From Heptranchias perlo (Eukaryota): a stretch of 64,000 nucleotides of DNA. The notes under the pieces are model-generated. The model was not told where the DNA came from. It saw nothing but the letters and a program-made list of their open reading frames with translations, and searched no databases. Position numbers and translations under genes: made by a program. The stretch lies in assembly GCF_035084215.1 (NCBI RefSeq), contig NC_090360.1, positions 16,492,001 to 16,556,000 on the forward strand, given 5' to 3'. Positions 26,284-39,659 of the stretch are shown here, in pieces. Position 1 is the first letter of the stretch. Each line of letters starts with the position of its first letter.

Positions 26284-27897
26284 CGTGGAGGTGAGGGAAA
26301 TTGTTGCATCACTTGTCTCATTGTAGCATGGCCGGCGGTCTCATGGGCTGCAGCAACCAAGTGATTTTTTTTTAAAGTGTGCATTGCCCTTTAATTTTTT
26401 TTTAAAAGGCCCCCCTCCACCATCTTATCAACATTGGGCACTAGGAAAACTATGGAGTTTCTGACACCCTAAGATGCTAATGATGGGAAATATATCAGAT
26501 GATAGACTAATGATGGGAATACGTCATTCAAGAATATCTGTCCGAATTCAGGCAAGCACATTCACCGTCCGTCGTCAGTTCAGATGGAAAATCCTGGAAG
26601 TGGTAGACAATGCGAGGAAACCCGCAGAATGGTTGCTGCTATATTTTCCATTCCTGGTCATGCCCAGTAACCACCCAAAAATTGTGCCTCTTATGTTCAC
26701 GCATATACTTGACAAAATAGTGATTATCCTCCTGGTTGGGCAGCAGGGAGAAAGTAGAACTGGTCTCTTTGGGGTTGAGTCGGTTACAAGATGACATCCC
26801 TGGTGATGGTAGATTTGAACCATGTAAATCCATTTTGGCAGAATTGGTGATCTGATACATGAGCTAGACAGGTACTCCAGGGGCTGTTGATGATTAATCA
26901 GCCATCCTGGCTCATTGATGGGAATGGAGGGTAGATTCATCCCACTCAACTCCAAACACTGCTGCACACCAATGGTGCAACTGGTACGGTGATTCTAGGT
27001 GGGCAAACAGTGGGAGACTTACCAGTACTTTGTGCTGATTAGCTGTGTGGCATTAGCTGGTTAAACTCCACCAGTACCCCTACACACACTTGGAGATCCC
27101 TAAGCTTTGGTTCTTGCTGACTTTTGCTTATGTTCTCATAGCTTAGGTAAGTGGATGTGCCCCCATAAGGTAGAGAGAGAGTGCACACTCGATCAGTGGC
27201 CCTTGGAGCCCAACAGCACATGAATAAGTAAACATCTTTTAAAGAATTCAATTCAGTTTATTTTTATTCTGTTTAATTTTGACTTTCTGGGTTCTTTCTC
27301 TAAACTTCCTTGAAAAATTTATGGAATGTGAGTGTAAAAGAGAGACAAGTGTTTTTGCATATTTCAAATCTTTAAATTTCACCTGAACCTACTTTGTTAC
27401 ATTTTTTAAAAACTGGGAAATTAAAAACAGCCAGTCCCAGAATTACAATGAAAAATATTCTAGAAATTCCAAAAATAAATCCTAGACAGTAAAAAAAGTA
27501 CAATAAAATTAAATGAAATTAAAAACATCTTCGTAAAACAATAACTCCATTCCTGCAATAGAATTAAAACTCCCTCTCCAATGACTCAGGTGGTAAGTGT
27601 CCAATGTACAACCTAGTCATACAAACTAGAAAGATCGTAGGTCTGCACTGAATGAGTTTATCTCAGGGCAGCAGTCGGGGTGCTACAATTATCCTTCACA
27701 CTCCTGTTGGGGAAAGGCTAGATAGGGTTCCTATTCATGATTTCCATCTAGCAACCATGCGGTAAAGTAGATTTGTGTGTGGACATTGGAGACAAGCAGG
27801 TTGTGATGCCCCATGTGGTCGAATAGCCTGTCGACACTCAATGCCTAGACTTGTGCATGAAGAATGGTCAGTTGATGAGGTATCAGAAGACACCTGA

Positions 27898-28126
27898 GGG
27901 GTGATGTTAAACCCTCAGAACGGGAGGGTTGGGGGTGGGTGGGAATTGAAAATAATTGTTTTTTTCGATCGCAACTGCAAAATTTTCGGACTTTGCATTT
28001 CTCAGTGGGAAGCCTGTACTTTTACGTGCCCAAGCTAAACCCGGAAATAAAGCCGGGTTGCGGTCGCGACCCAAAAAACAACTATTTTCAACTCCCACCC
28101 GTTCTTGGGGGTTAGAATCACCCCCC
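27898..28126. mobile_element. Short MITE
   Basis: TIR GGGGTGATGTTAAACCCTCAGAACGGGAGGGTTG versus right-end reverse complement GGGGTGATTCTAACCCCCAAGAACGGGTGGGAGTTG; internal AACCCGG/CCGGGTT. Confidence 0.7.
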
Positions 28127-29712
28127 TGGTGTCTGTGCAACTATACCCCAGCACATCAGTGCTTTTAGGGGAGAGGAAATGGGGGAAGGGAACAGGAGGC
28201 ATGGAAACAAAAAGTTAAAATTCCAAAAAAATCAACAAAAAAAATGCACAAAGATAAAGGCAGTTGCCAGTTTGACATACCCATTTGATCTGCACACCAT
28301 GGGAATGGAATTTTGATAAATATTCTCATCTTCCTGAAGTTGCATGCACTGTATGATGAATTCCCATTCCACTGATACTGGTCAGGAAACTTCTGGAGGT
28401 AGTGTTCATGAACGGTTTAAATGCAATGCTGGAGATACATTGAATAAAGTCATGATTAAGGTCCAGGAGCCACCATCTAGGCCTTTTCATTGACGTATGC
28501 CTTAATTAATTGCCAGATGAAAGAAGGCATATGATTGTGCACTATTGGAATGTAAAACAATGGAATGCCATTGAGATTGTCCATATTCCAGTATCTTGCT
28601 GGTCAAGCCTTCTTCACAAAGAAGAAAGACTTGCACTTATATAGTGCTTTTCACGAACATAAGAATAAGTGCAAAAGACAACATTCATTTCTGCAGCATT
28701 TCACTCACAGTGACATGATTTTTGGCTGCCTCTTTGCAGCTTTGCCCATCTAGGGTAGATTTTCTTCTGAATACTGCCTGATCTTTTTGCAGTATTCTGG
28801 CAGGCAGGGATGTCAAACGGATTGGGGACTTGTTATGCTTTATCCCTCCAAATTTCTATGTCTGTCCCATTTTCTAGCATCACTTCCACTGGACATTGAT
28901 AGCGCATGCCCAAATATGGGCAGGCGTATTTCAGTGAGGTGTTAATGACGCAGTGATGCCTTATGTCGAATTTATTTTCATTACCGTCTTATTTGAAGCA
29001 TATCTAGTGTTGCTAGGCACTACGTTAAAGGCAGAAGCAAATTTAATGCGTCACAGCAGGTACTATGAAGGTCTTGTAAAATCCTTACACCTGAACTGTT
29101 TTCCTTAATTTTTAAAATTTTTTTTCCCTCAGTGTTAACAACAATTTACCACCTGCTGTGGCAGTCCCATTTTCCCCCTCCCCCATTCCAAAGAGGCCAG
29201 AATGGGGTTTCCGTTGACAATACCCCTGCATCTGTGTTTACTGATGAAAGAGAAGGAGGAACAGGCTGGTTAGGCACCATGGCAGCCATATGGCTCCCAT
29301 CCACTGGAACCCCACTCCAAGTTGTTCCTACCTCTGACTGACGTAGGAACAGTGTTTGTGCAGGCTGTGCTTCATAAGGAAAGCCATCAATGGGTTATGC
29401 CACATGCTGCAACCTGACTTACAACCTGCTCCCATCATAGATTCTGTGCTGCCAGTGTCTGTGAAAGTCACCACCATCCCAAACAGGGTAATTCCATGAT
29501 GTCTCTGGGGGCGTCAATCAGCTGTACACAAATGTATCAAGCAAGTTACAGATGCATTGTTTGCTTGAGCAAGCCAGTTCATCACATTGCCCAGAGACTG
29601 ACCAATGCCAGCTTAACAGGGCACTGCAATTTTGCTGACTGGCAGGATTTCCCGAAGTACAATGAGTCATATAGTCACATGTGCTCCCTTCATCAATCCC
29701 ATCATGTACATC

Positions 29713-29889
29713 TGTAAGGAATCTTACCGCATATGCGGTAACCTTCATGGAATCCCACACTCACCTGACGAAGGAGAAAACCTCCGAAAGCTTGTGATTT
29801 TCAAATAAAACTGTTGGACTATAACCTGGTGTTGTAAGATTCCTTACATTTGTCCACCCCAGTCCATCACCGGCATCTCCACATCATGG
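29713..29889 (+). mobile_element. Penelope-like element terminal (pLTR) fragment with 14-bp TSD
   Basis: Flanked by CCATCATGTACATC at 29699-29712 and 29890-29903. 5' TGTAAGGAATCTTAC is the inverse of 29834-29848. Contains the hammerhead motif and AATAAA at 29804. Confidence 0.75.
29761..29797 (+). ncRNA. Minimal type I hammerhead ribozyme motif (Penelope-associated)
   Basis: Stem I TCAC(29761-64)/GTGA(29794-97); core CTGACGA(29765-71) plus an extra A; stem II GGAG/CTCC; GAAA(29786-89); palindromic AAGCTT in place of stem III; predicted UH cleavage after 29793. Confidence 0.75.
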
Positions 29890-30409
29890 CCATCATGTAC
29901 ATCAACAGGAAAGGATTCTACCCACTCAATGCCAAGGTGATTTGTGACCAGCAGCATAATGCAAGTAAATGCTTGCTTTCTCAGCAGCTGCCATGACGCC
30001 TTCATTTTAAGGCAGTCCGCTGTGCCAGAATTTTTTCAATTAGAAAGCCAAGTGTTTGGATGGATTCTGAGAGATCAAAGCCATTGCATGGTTACACCCA
30101 TGTGCTTTCAGAGGATACCAGCTGAGAACTGCTATAACAAGGTCCAATCCGCCACCAAAGTCATTCTAGAGCTCACTAATTGAATTTTGAAGGCACACTT
30201 CAGGGGCCTAGATTGGTGTAGGATGCTCTGCAGTATAATTCTGCTAGTCTCAAGGACAGTGGTGGTGTGTTGTATGTTGCACAACTTTGTCAAACAAAGA
30301 AGCCTCCTCACTGAGGCTCCAGAGGAGGAAGGATCCAAAGGTCATCAGGGGATGAGGCCGACAACAAGGAGCAGCATGGAGGGATGCAGAGCACAATTCA
30401 TTGTCAGCC

Positions 30410-30790
30410 AACGAAAGAAATAAAGAACAGACGTCCAAAAATGCTTTACAGCCAATGAAGCACTATTGAAGTGTAGCCACTGTGGTAAGGTAGGCAAATA
30501 TGACAGCCAATTTGTGTTTTTGGTGGTGTGGTTGAGGGATAAATGCTGCCCAGAATGCCAAGAGAACTCCCCTGCTCCTCTTCGTCTAGTCACGTGGGGT
30601 CTTTTACATCCACCTGAGCAGGCATACGGAGTCTTGGTTTAATATCTCATCTGAAGGATGGCACCTCTGACTGTACAGCACTTCTCAGTACTGCTCTGAA
30701 GTGCCAGCCTAAATTATATGTTCCAATCTCTGGACTGGAGCTTAAACCCACAACCTTTTAACTCAGAGATTAGAGCCATGGCTGACATTT
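30410..30790 (-). mobile_element. tRNA-derived SINE (family of 22335-22785)
   Basis: Colinear similarity to the 22.3-kb copy. Confidence 0.75.
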
Positions 30791-32739
30791 ATTACAATCT
30801 GATACAGGATTACTACACTACATGACCTATCCTGCCTACATGTTCCCACTTGCTAGCAGGAAAATATCATCAGCAGACACATCTCTGTGTGAATCAATGC
30901 CAATGGCTCCCAATCATGCCACCTCATCAAAGTAATTTCCAAACCTTACCCAAAACAAACAATGTCTGAATGCACAGCAACTTTAATGCAACCATATTTT
31001 TACTTTCAACCCATTCACTGTGTGGGCCTTTCCACCCATGCTATCTTTTAGTGCAAGTTCAGGATGTGCGACCTCTTCAAGTTAGTCTTATGCTTCATCT
31101 AGGTGCTTCCCGATGGGCAGGAGAGCGTGGGTAGCTGGCTGCTATGTTTCTTTAGGAGCATCCTGGGAGTCATGGCATTTAAGTCTGAGATGGACCTTCT
31201 GCAGGCTGCATCTCTTGCACTGCTGCAATGGTGCGAATGGGGGAACATGCTGTCATTCTAGTTGCTGTACCCAACCAAGGTGTCTTCAATCCCAAGTAAG
31301 CACTGCTTGGATCCCCATGAAAGCAGCTGCCGCACATCATGCTCCGGTCATACTTGGTCATTCAACCAATGAACACTTCCATTCAAAAAGCAAACCCCAC
31401 AGTGAAGAAACTCCTGGAGAAGAAAAACACTGTCTTATAGTTCACGCAACATCAGAAAAGTGTGGTGTTTTCTTTGCTTAATTATATTTTCTTTTATGTT
31501 TTATGATTAAAAGATCAGTCCCTTTCAATTGTGTGCTTTTTTATTCAGTTATTTCCTTTTATTAAAAGAAATACTTAATAATTTGTTTAGTCCAACTTAT
31601 ATTCAGATAAATTAGACACAAGGCAATTACAACCTCGTAACAGATTGCTACTTACAACTTATTCCATTTGTATATTAAAAATGTTGTGTATGCATTAACC
31701 TCCTGACCAACTTCCGTTTGTCACAATTTTTGGTCACCCTTTTATGTCAACATTTAACATTGAAACTGCTTATATAAACATCTAGAATGGAAATTTTATA
31801 TGTAAACAGTTGACAGTAATGATGTAGTTACAGATTTCAGTCACTAGGTGATGCTGTGGAATGAGTTTCCGATGTCTCCCAACTCCATCACCATCTTGTA
31901 TGTAAAAAAAACTTAATCAAAATGACCTTGGCAATGCCACAATTTACTGGTATATATACACCGCATGAGAATATAAGTAAGCATCATGGGGAGATATTTT
32001 GCATTGTTGTTTAACAGTAATTATAGAAGAGATTGGCATTAAACCAATGTTCTTCTTTTCTGTGCTAATCAATGAACAGGAGAGTGAAATTACTAAGAAG
32101 TATTTTATCGAAAAGTCTCTGATGTTGCTCATTTATGAGCATTCAGAAAAATATGCAGAAACTTCTTGCTGGGGAAATTTAAACAACCAGGTTGGAATTA
32201 ACTTATCAACTTGGCCGAGTTAATTTAACAATGAAGCAGCTAAACTATGTGATACAATATTAAAATGAGGGAGACACAGCCTCCCTCATTTCCTGCCGTT
32301 TGCTCTGATTGGACGGTAGAGCCACTAGTTAGACCCTGGTGTCCGATGTATCAAGGTCAGTGGAAGGATGATAAAGATGGTGCCAGCAGCAAGGCCCTGT
32401 GCTATGGCTGTCCAAGTATTGTCAGGCACAAGACCCAGAAGGCAAGATTTCTTTGTTACTTCTTACCAGCATCTCTGAGGCCGCCTGTACCCCCATGAGA
32501 TTTCATCCCAATTCTGAGAGGAGTCGCCGCAGATTAATGGATCTTTCACACTACAACTTTAGCGTTGGTGTGTAGTGGTTACAGTTTCACACTAATGCTA
32601 AAATTTGTGCAGTGACCCAAGCTGACTCTGAAGGGTTGAGACTAGCTTCTCCAAGGAGACTCACTCTAATTTGCTCTGGATTCTGGTACATTTACACTAT
32701 AACTGCAGCATCGGTGCAAAGCTGCAGTTACAGCATGAA

Positions 32740-32882
32740 GAACAACAATAACTTGCATTTATATAGCGCCTTTAACATAGTAAAATGTCCCAAGGCACTT
32801 TACAGGAGCGATTATCAAACAAAATTTGACACCGAGCCACATAAGGAGATATTTGGACAGGTTAGCATAAGCTTGGTCAAAC
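32740..32882 (-). mobile_element. L2 3' tail fragment
   Basis: AACAACAATAACTTGCATTTATATAGCGCC is the reverse of the 10250-10380 tail. Confidence 0.8.
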
Positions 32883-34734
32883 ACATCCTAATGCTGTGAT
32901 TTCTAAAAGCAGAAGAGATAATAATTACTATGTATCATATGTTTTGATCATTTCTAAATAAGAAAATATTACTACACAGGAATAGGGGGAGCCTTTATAA
33001 TTCTGATGAAACATTAAGTAGATTTCTCTTTCCAATGCTGAATGACTTGCTCTTTATTTCCAGAATGTTCTCTTTTTATTTCAGATCTACAGCATTCTCT
33101 TTGTTTTTAATTCTTCATAGTTTTGAAGCTATTTACAGTTTTTCATGTTTTTATTTGAGAAGCACTGTACCGTATTTATAATCTGCAATGTTCAGTCCAG
33201 GACCACTTTGAGCCTCACCTGCTCCTTTGTCTGTTGCTGTGTCATGTTACAGAGTATCTGCTTCAGGTGATGTCATTGCCTTTTCATTTCATTTACTCTG
33301 GTGTCTGTGTTTTAATTCCCCCTGGTATCAATCAACACCTGCATTGGGTATCGAATCTGTACCTGTATATTTAGCAGTTTCTTGAATGTGCCAGAGTCTT
33401 TTTCTGCTCAACTAGTGGACCCGAGAGTCAAACAGTTGTAAATTTCTTCAAGAAGGATGTAGATCACATCCTGTATTTAGTTTCTATCCTCACTCTTTGA
33501 TTGCAGCTTACCCAACCATGCAGCATCTCATGCTAATTTCTGCTGCATTAACTGCAGTAGGATCTATCAGCCCCTAACAGATAGGGTTTATTTCCTCTCA
33601 TTTAACACTTATGCCGTTTCTTAACCTTCACTACAGATATCCTAAAACTTTAAATTGTCCAGTATAAATATTGAACAGAACAAAAGTAAACCCAAAAAAA
33701 TTAAGAATTAAATCAAGTGTTGCTCATATCCAAACAGGAATTGCTATGGGATACACTTCGACTACGTCAAACTGAGAGTCAATAAATTGTTGCTAACCTG
33801 GATTCAAGAACTTTGCTTGTTTATAAACAACTTTTGTGTTATGGCCCTTAGACATTTCTATTTTGATAGTGCAAGCCGAATGATTACATTATTTTGTATC
33901 CATAAACATTTTGTATCATTTTCACAGTGTTGCTGTCTTGTACATTTTAAAGTGTGGTTACACTTATATTTACAGTACATTTCATTTAAAGTGTAAATGT
34001 AAGATTTCATTTTTAAAAGTGTGCTTCACTACAGAGTTAGACACGTCTTATATCTACAAAAATGTGTGGGTTTTGTGCATATTGCCTGATACCTGTTCAC
34101 ACTGATGAGATTCACATGGAGAGGCAGATGTGTTTGCTGCAGGGAAAAACAGTACTTATAAAAACAATTATAAGAACTGAATGAATACACTGACTTGCTT
34201 CTATCGGGTATGAACTTTACATGAGTACATTTGACTGTAAATGTGTGGAAATTTTTCACTAATCAATGTTCCTACAGAAATACTGGCTCAATTCCAATCT
34301 CAGCAAACTTTTACCAAACTTGGCTGACATTTTTTCCAAAGTTTTTTCTTCACTTTTTCCTACTCCTATTGTCAGTCAGTATTGGTGTGTCGTTCATCCC
34401 TCAAGCTGAATTCTGCCATTTTTATTTTATTCATCATTTCAAAATCTGCTAATCATTTTTTTTACTAGTTTGGTTTAGTTTATTGTTGCCTTTCAATAAG
34501 GCAAATCTTGCTTGGACAATGCAACAGACCGTTACCAAGTCAAAATTCCTGTTCTTGGCTCCTTCCCTAAGTGAAATTATAGAAAACATTCTGGTAACAA
34601 GATAAACCTCAATACACTACAACCTTCATTCGGCTTGCAAATGTACCAATATGGAGTGGTCTACTGCCTTTAAAAATCTGATATAGGTGGGTCCAGACAA
34701 AGTCCGATACTTTAAACGGACCTCTGTCAAATAT

Positions 34735-35225
34735 GCATTGTAACTACAAGGTACAAGTCAGGAGTGTCATGGAATGGTCTCCACTTGTCTGGATAGGTGC
34801 AGCTGCAACAACACCCAAGAGGCTTGACACCATCCAGGACAAATCAGTCTGCTTGATTGTCAGCCCATCAACCAGCTTAAATGTCCACTCCCTCCTCCAT
34901 CACTGCGGTTGCTAGCTACAGGATGCATTGCAGCAGCACCTCCAAAGCTCGTGTCCTCTATCACTTAGAAGGACAAGGGCAGCCGATGCATGGGAACACC
35001 ATCAAGTTCCCCTCCAAGTCACACATTATTCCACCTTGGACATATATCGCCGCTGCTTCATTGATGCTGGGTCAAAATCTGGGAACTTCCTACCCAACAG
35101 CGCAGTGGGAGCACCTTCACCACACAGACTGCAATGGTTCAAGAAGAAGGCCCACCACCAGCATCTCAAGGGCAACTGGGGATGGGCAATAAATGCCAGT
35201 GACGCCCATATCCCAGGAATGAATT
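34735..35225 (+). mobile_element. LINE (CR1/L2 group) 3' end
   Basis: YKVQVRSVMEWSPLVW..RLDTIQDK motif plus the shared 3' tail. Confidence 0.78.
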
Positions 35226-36164
35226 CTTAAAAACTGCAGCCAAACTGCATGAGTTAGGGTGTGAGACCACCTCCAACTGACATCACTTGGCTGCAATATA
35301 AACTTCAATCGGTGCAATACAAACCTTTCTTAAACTTTAAAATTGAAGTTTGGACTTCCCCGGATGGGCCACTCGACTGAAATCAGGGATTCACGGTGTG
35401 AGGAATTACAGACTCAGACCAATAACTATAACACCATGGTGTAGCATTGTAATAATGACGCTCGCTGCCAAAGGAATGTTAACCCGGACGTGTATATCAC
35501 GTTGAAATCAGGTCAAAATTGGCTTCAGCATGGGATGCAAGAGGCAAGGTGGGTAGCAGCCCAGGGATTGATTCAGCTCCTTATTTAGGACTCACAGATC
35601 GCTGGTTACAATGTGTTAAAAACATGAGCATTGCAATCGCTACGAGCATCTGCAAGGACTCCTAATGAGTGTATTTTGTTAGAAAATGAGTCAGTCTCCA
35701 CTTTGGCAAACGTCTTCCTTTATTTATTCAAAAAAAATATTTGAACTAATTTTGTTTGCTTGAAACGATACTGTATATTATGAGCGAGTATTACTGTTTT
35801 ACCTTTATAAATAAAGATAAAATGCAGAACACACGGAGGCCCAATGCTGCTGGATAATGCAATTACTTTAAGACTTCCGTTCCAAGTTCAATCATATGTG
35901 CAGAGATTTCGCGGAGGGCACTTGTTGCCCTTGGTGTGAGGCCTCCGAACACGGCAGGAGGGAGAGCCACTAACAATATTGGTGTCACGTACACTGTTCT
36001 CAGAGCACCCCCTAGAGGAAATTCCATCTGACAGAAGTGAGCAGTGTAAAACCCCCTGCAAGGCATGCTGTGCCCTTCCACACAGTTAGTTCAGGGACTG
36101 CGAGAAATCCTCATTTCTGTACCCCCGCTCCATTTCCTGAGAAGCTACAACTTTTACTTAGAGT

Positions 36165-36710
36165 AATTACAGTACAGAAACAGGCCATTCGGCCCAACTG
36201 GTCTATGCTGGTGTTTATGCTGCACACGAGCATTTAATCTCACCCTATCAACATATCCTTCTATTCCTTTCTCCCTCATGTACTTATCTAGCTTCCCCTT
36301 AAATGCATCTATGCCAGTCGCCTCAACTACTCCTTGTGGCAGCAAGTTCCACATTCTAACCACTCTCTGAGTAAAGAAGTTTCTCCTGAATTCCCTATTG
36401 GATTTATTGATGACTATCTTATATTTATGGCCCTTAGTTTTGGACTCCCCCACAAGTGGAAACCTCTTAGCTACATCTACCCTCTGGAAATCCCTTCATA
36501 ATCTTAAAGACCTCTATCAGGTCACCTCCCAGCCTCCTCAATTCTAGAGAAAAGACCCCCAGCCTGTTCAGTCTTTCCTCATAGCTATAACCTTTCAGTT
36601 CTGGTATCATCCTTGTAAATCTTTTTTGCACCTTCTCCAGTGCCTCTGTATCCTTTTTGTTATATGGAGACCAAAGCTGAGCACAATATTCTATGTGTGG
36701 TTTAACGTGT
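36165..36710 (-). mobile_element. CR1 LINE 3' fragment
   Basis: PHIEYCAQLWSPY..LEKVQKRFTRMIPEL..RRLGGDLIEVFK; GHKYKI..FFTQRVVRMWN. Confidence 0.9.
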
Positions 36711-36744
36711 CTTGCATATTGAGTGAATGTAAAGAAATACAATA

Positions 36745-36975
36745 AAATGAGGAAACATTTTTAAGCAGGGAGTTATTATGATCTGGAATGCACTGCCTGA
36801 AAGGGCGGTGGAAGCAGATTCAATAGTAAATTTCAAAAGGGAATTGGATAAATACTTGAAGGGAAAAAGTTTAAAGGGTTATGGGGAAAGAGCAGGTGAG
36901 TGGGACTAATTGGATTGCTCTTTCAAAGAGCCGGCACAGGCACGATGGGCCGAATGGCCTCCTTCTGTGCTGTAA
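36745..36975 (+). mobile_element. CR1 3' fragment
   Basis: Reverse complement of the 5540-5760 family tail. Confidence 0.8.
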
Positions 36976-39659
36976 CATGGGCGAGCTAAATTTGGAACTC
37001 GTGTAATTTGTTACGGAAACAAACTTTGACTAGTCACGACTGTTCACTTCGAACGTGTAAAGGACGCGTTACTATTTATTTACAAAACACTTAAGGATTT
37101 CCTCATTTTTACCAATTCCACTACCATGTAAAATCTATATGCTCATTAAAAATCGTTAACATAAATACGACTACAAGTATGGATCTAGCCTTAGACCAGT
37201 TTTGAAGACCAGTTAGGTGATTTTTTAAAAATTCCTTTCGTCCTGCAATTACTAATGCGAAAACTACCAACTGCTCTCATATAATCTAATCTCTCAGCCA
37301 GAAATGCGCAAGAGTAGTTTTGTTTTTCTTCACTTTTTGTCTGGATTAGAAAACGTCGAAGTGTTTTTTTTAATCAAAATTAGCGAGACGGAGTTGGGGG
37401 GGAACTGATAGGACTTTAATTACCGGCTAACTAAACAGAGTTTAAACAAGATAATCCCTGTTCCAGGTAATGAGTTAATTAAAGCAGCAGAGAAGGAAAA
37501 TATCAAGCTACGTTATTTGCTCAACATATGAAAATTATTAGAATTACATCTTTAAATATTTTTCAGTATCCAGTGTGCAAAAGTGATAGTTTTAATTATT
37601 TCATTTTGTAATTTGTGAATTTAATATAAAATGGCTACATTGGAAGTTTTATTTGTCACATTGCAGGCACGTGTATATATATCTCCGGCATTCAATCCTT
37701 GTAATATTTACATTTTTTAATAGTGATTACAATTTTAGGATTCTTAAACTTTCTACGGTATATTACACAATACAGCTAATGACGAAGATTTCCAAAGTAA
37801 ACTCTTATCCCTGCAGTTTTTTAAATGGAATAGAGAACTCGAGGACTGCAAAGACAGCGGCGACAGCGCCATCCTGTGGTGATCTGAGAGAGGTGGGAAC
37901 GAGACAGATGGAAATGTTGCTCACTGTGATTTTAGGTATAAATCATATTTCAAATAAAATATAATTATATACCAGCAATAGATTATTCTTGTGAACAAGG
38001 TTAAAACCAGGGGCGATGATAACCCAAAATACACATATAATTATATCGATTTCAGTATAATTAGAAGTCTGTGTTTAAGCAAATTGCATATTTTAAAATT
38101 TAGGAAAGCGATGAACTATGTTCGTGTAAGTTGCTTTGTCGCTGTTAAGAGACAATCAACGTTCCTTCAAAAGGGGAACCAAGGCGGGTAAGTGGAGATA
38201 AGATACAGATCGGCCGTGATCTAATTGAACGGTGGAACAGGCTCAAGGGGCTGAAGGGCCTTCTTATGATAAGGTAATAAATCAATTAAAAAACTTTAGT
38301 TATTAATTACAAATGATATGTTATTTTTCATTAGACAGTGAATGTTCACGATAAGCAGCATATACACTCGTTCTGATATTGGAAATGATGTTTCAATTAA
38401 AAAGCATGAAAACATGTAATGTTTTAAAAAGATCAACACTAGGTTGAAAGCTTCTCCAGTGTCATGTCACTGGCTGCTTTTTTTGTTGAAGTTGCCATAT
38501 TGCCTTACTGTAAAATTGAATATACAAAGTGTCAGAGAGCCAGAAACTTTAACGGAACCTTTTTAAATCAGGCATTTCATAAGTTGAAAAGTATATAGCC
38601 TGAAGTGAGATTTAATGCCACTGAAGGTAATGAATTGGCTTGAAGTTAATTGACTTTCAGTTATAACATCTACCAAACGTACCCTACAATTCACAGGATT
38701 AAAAAGGAGCCCGTGGTTTTCAAGCAATGGACGTCACCGACAAATTTCCGCCAACAGCGATTCATTAACGCCCTCTGTTTTTTTTAAAAGGAGAGATAGA
38801 AACAATTCTACATCGTGAAACCACATCAGACCGAAATCAGGGTTAAATAGTTAAATGTTGCTCTCGATTGAATTGGGATATTTTCCCCTTGCTCTGTGTT
38901 TAGTAATATTTTCGAAGATTTAATGAGACCCCAGAATGTAATGATGCGTGTTACTATTTTTTTAACAATTAAAATCCGATGTGACATCACATAGGCGAGA
39001 TTAAAACGTGTAACATTTTAAACGTATGGCCGGGTCTAATACTGCATAAACAGAAAGCGTGTTGTGATATATCAGCCCAATCTAGCCTCACCCATTTGGA
39101 ATTCGACTCGCTCATTTTGTTTTAAATATATCCGTCTGTCTCATCCTGGCAAATGAAAGGAACTGCATTCGTTTTGATTTGAATCTTACTCCAAATATTT
39201 CTTTCAGCTCAGCAGTGTGCGTTTGCAACTGATATATATATATATATATTTTAAATTGATTTTAAAAAATTAAGTGACGCAAACGTTTTTAAAATTTGAA
39301 ATAAATTTTCAGCAAAAGAGATGCATTTTCCTTACAGCCGGTCATGGTGTAACTCACGTAACTTTGGTCTGCCGCCCTCCAAGAAGTGGCTTTCATATTA
39401 AATAATTCGATAAAGCATTTAAATCTTTATTGCAATTAAAACTAATGTAGATCCATAATTGGCTGCTTAGGTACAACCGACATTAGGAATTGGTTGTTTG
39501 CTGCTATTCGCCCACTTCCACCCTTGATTACACTGACCCGAACTGGTGACTGCTAAAGCGATAAGCAGTCTCAGTACCAATGTCCCCACGCAACAAGCGC
39601 CTCCGATTGGCTGAGTCCAGTGGTAAGACACGGCCATATGTTGCTTGGCGGTGTTAAAA

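Larger units (their letters stand above)
29335..30330 (+). pseudogene. Decayed PIF/Harbinger (HARBI1-like) transposase
   Basis: Broken frames read EQCLCRLCF..LCHMLQPDLQP..LPVSVKVT, GFPEVQ, YINRKGFYPLN..ICD, SCHDAFILRQSAVP, LKAHFRGLD, VVVCCMLHNF, which are the DDE_Tnp_4 motifs in order. Interrupted by the Penelope insertion. Confidence 0.85.
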
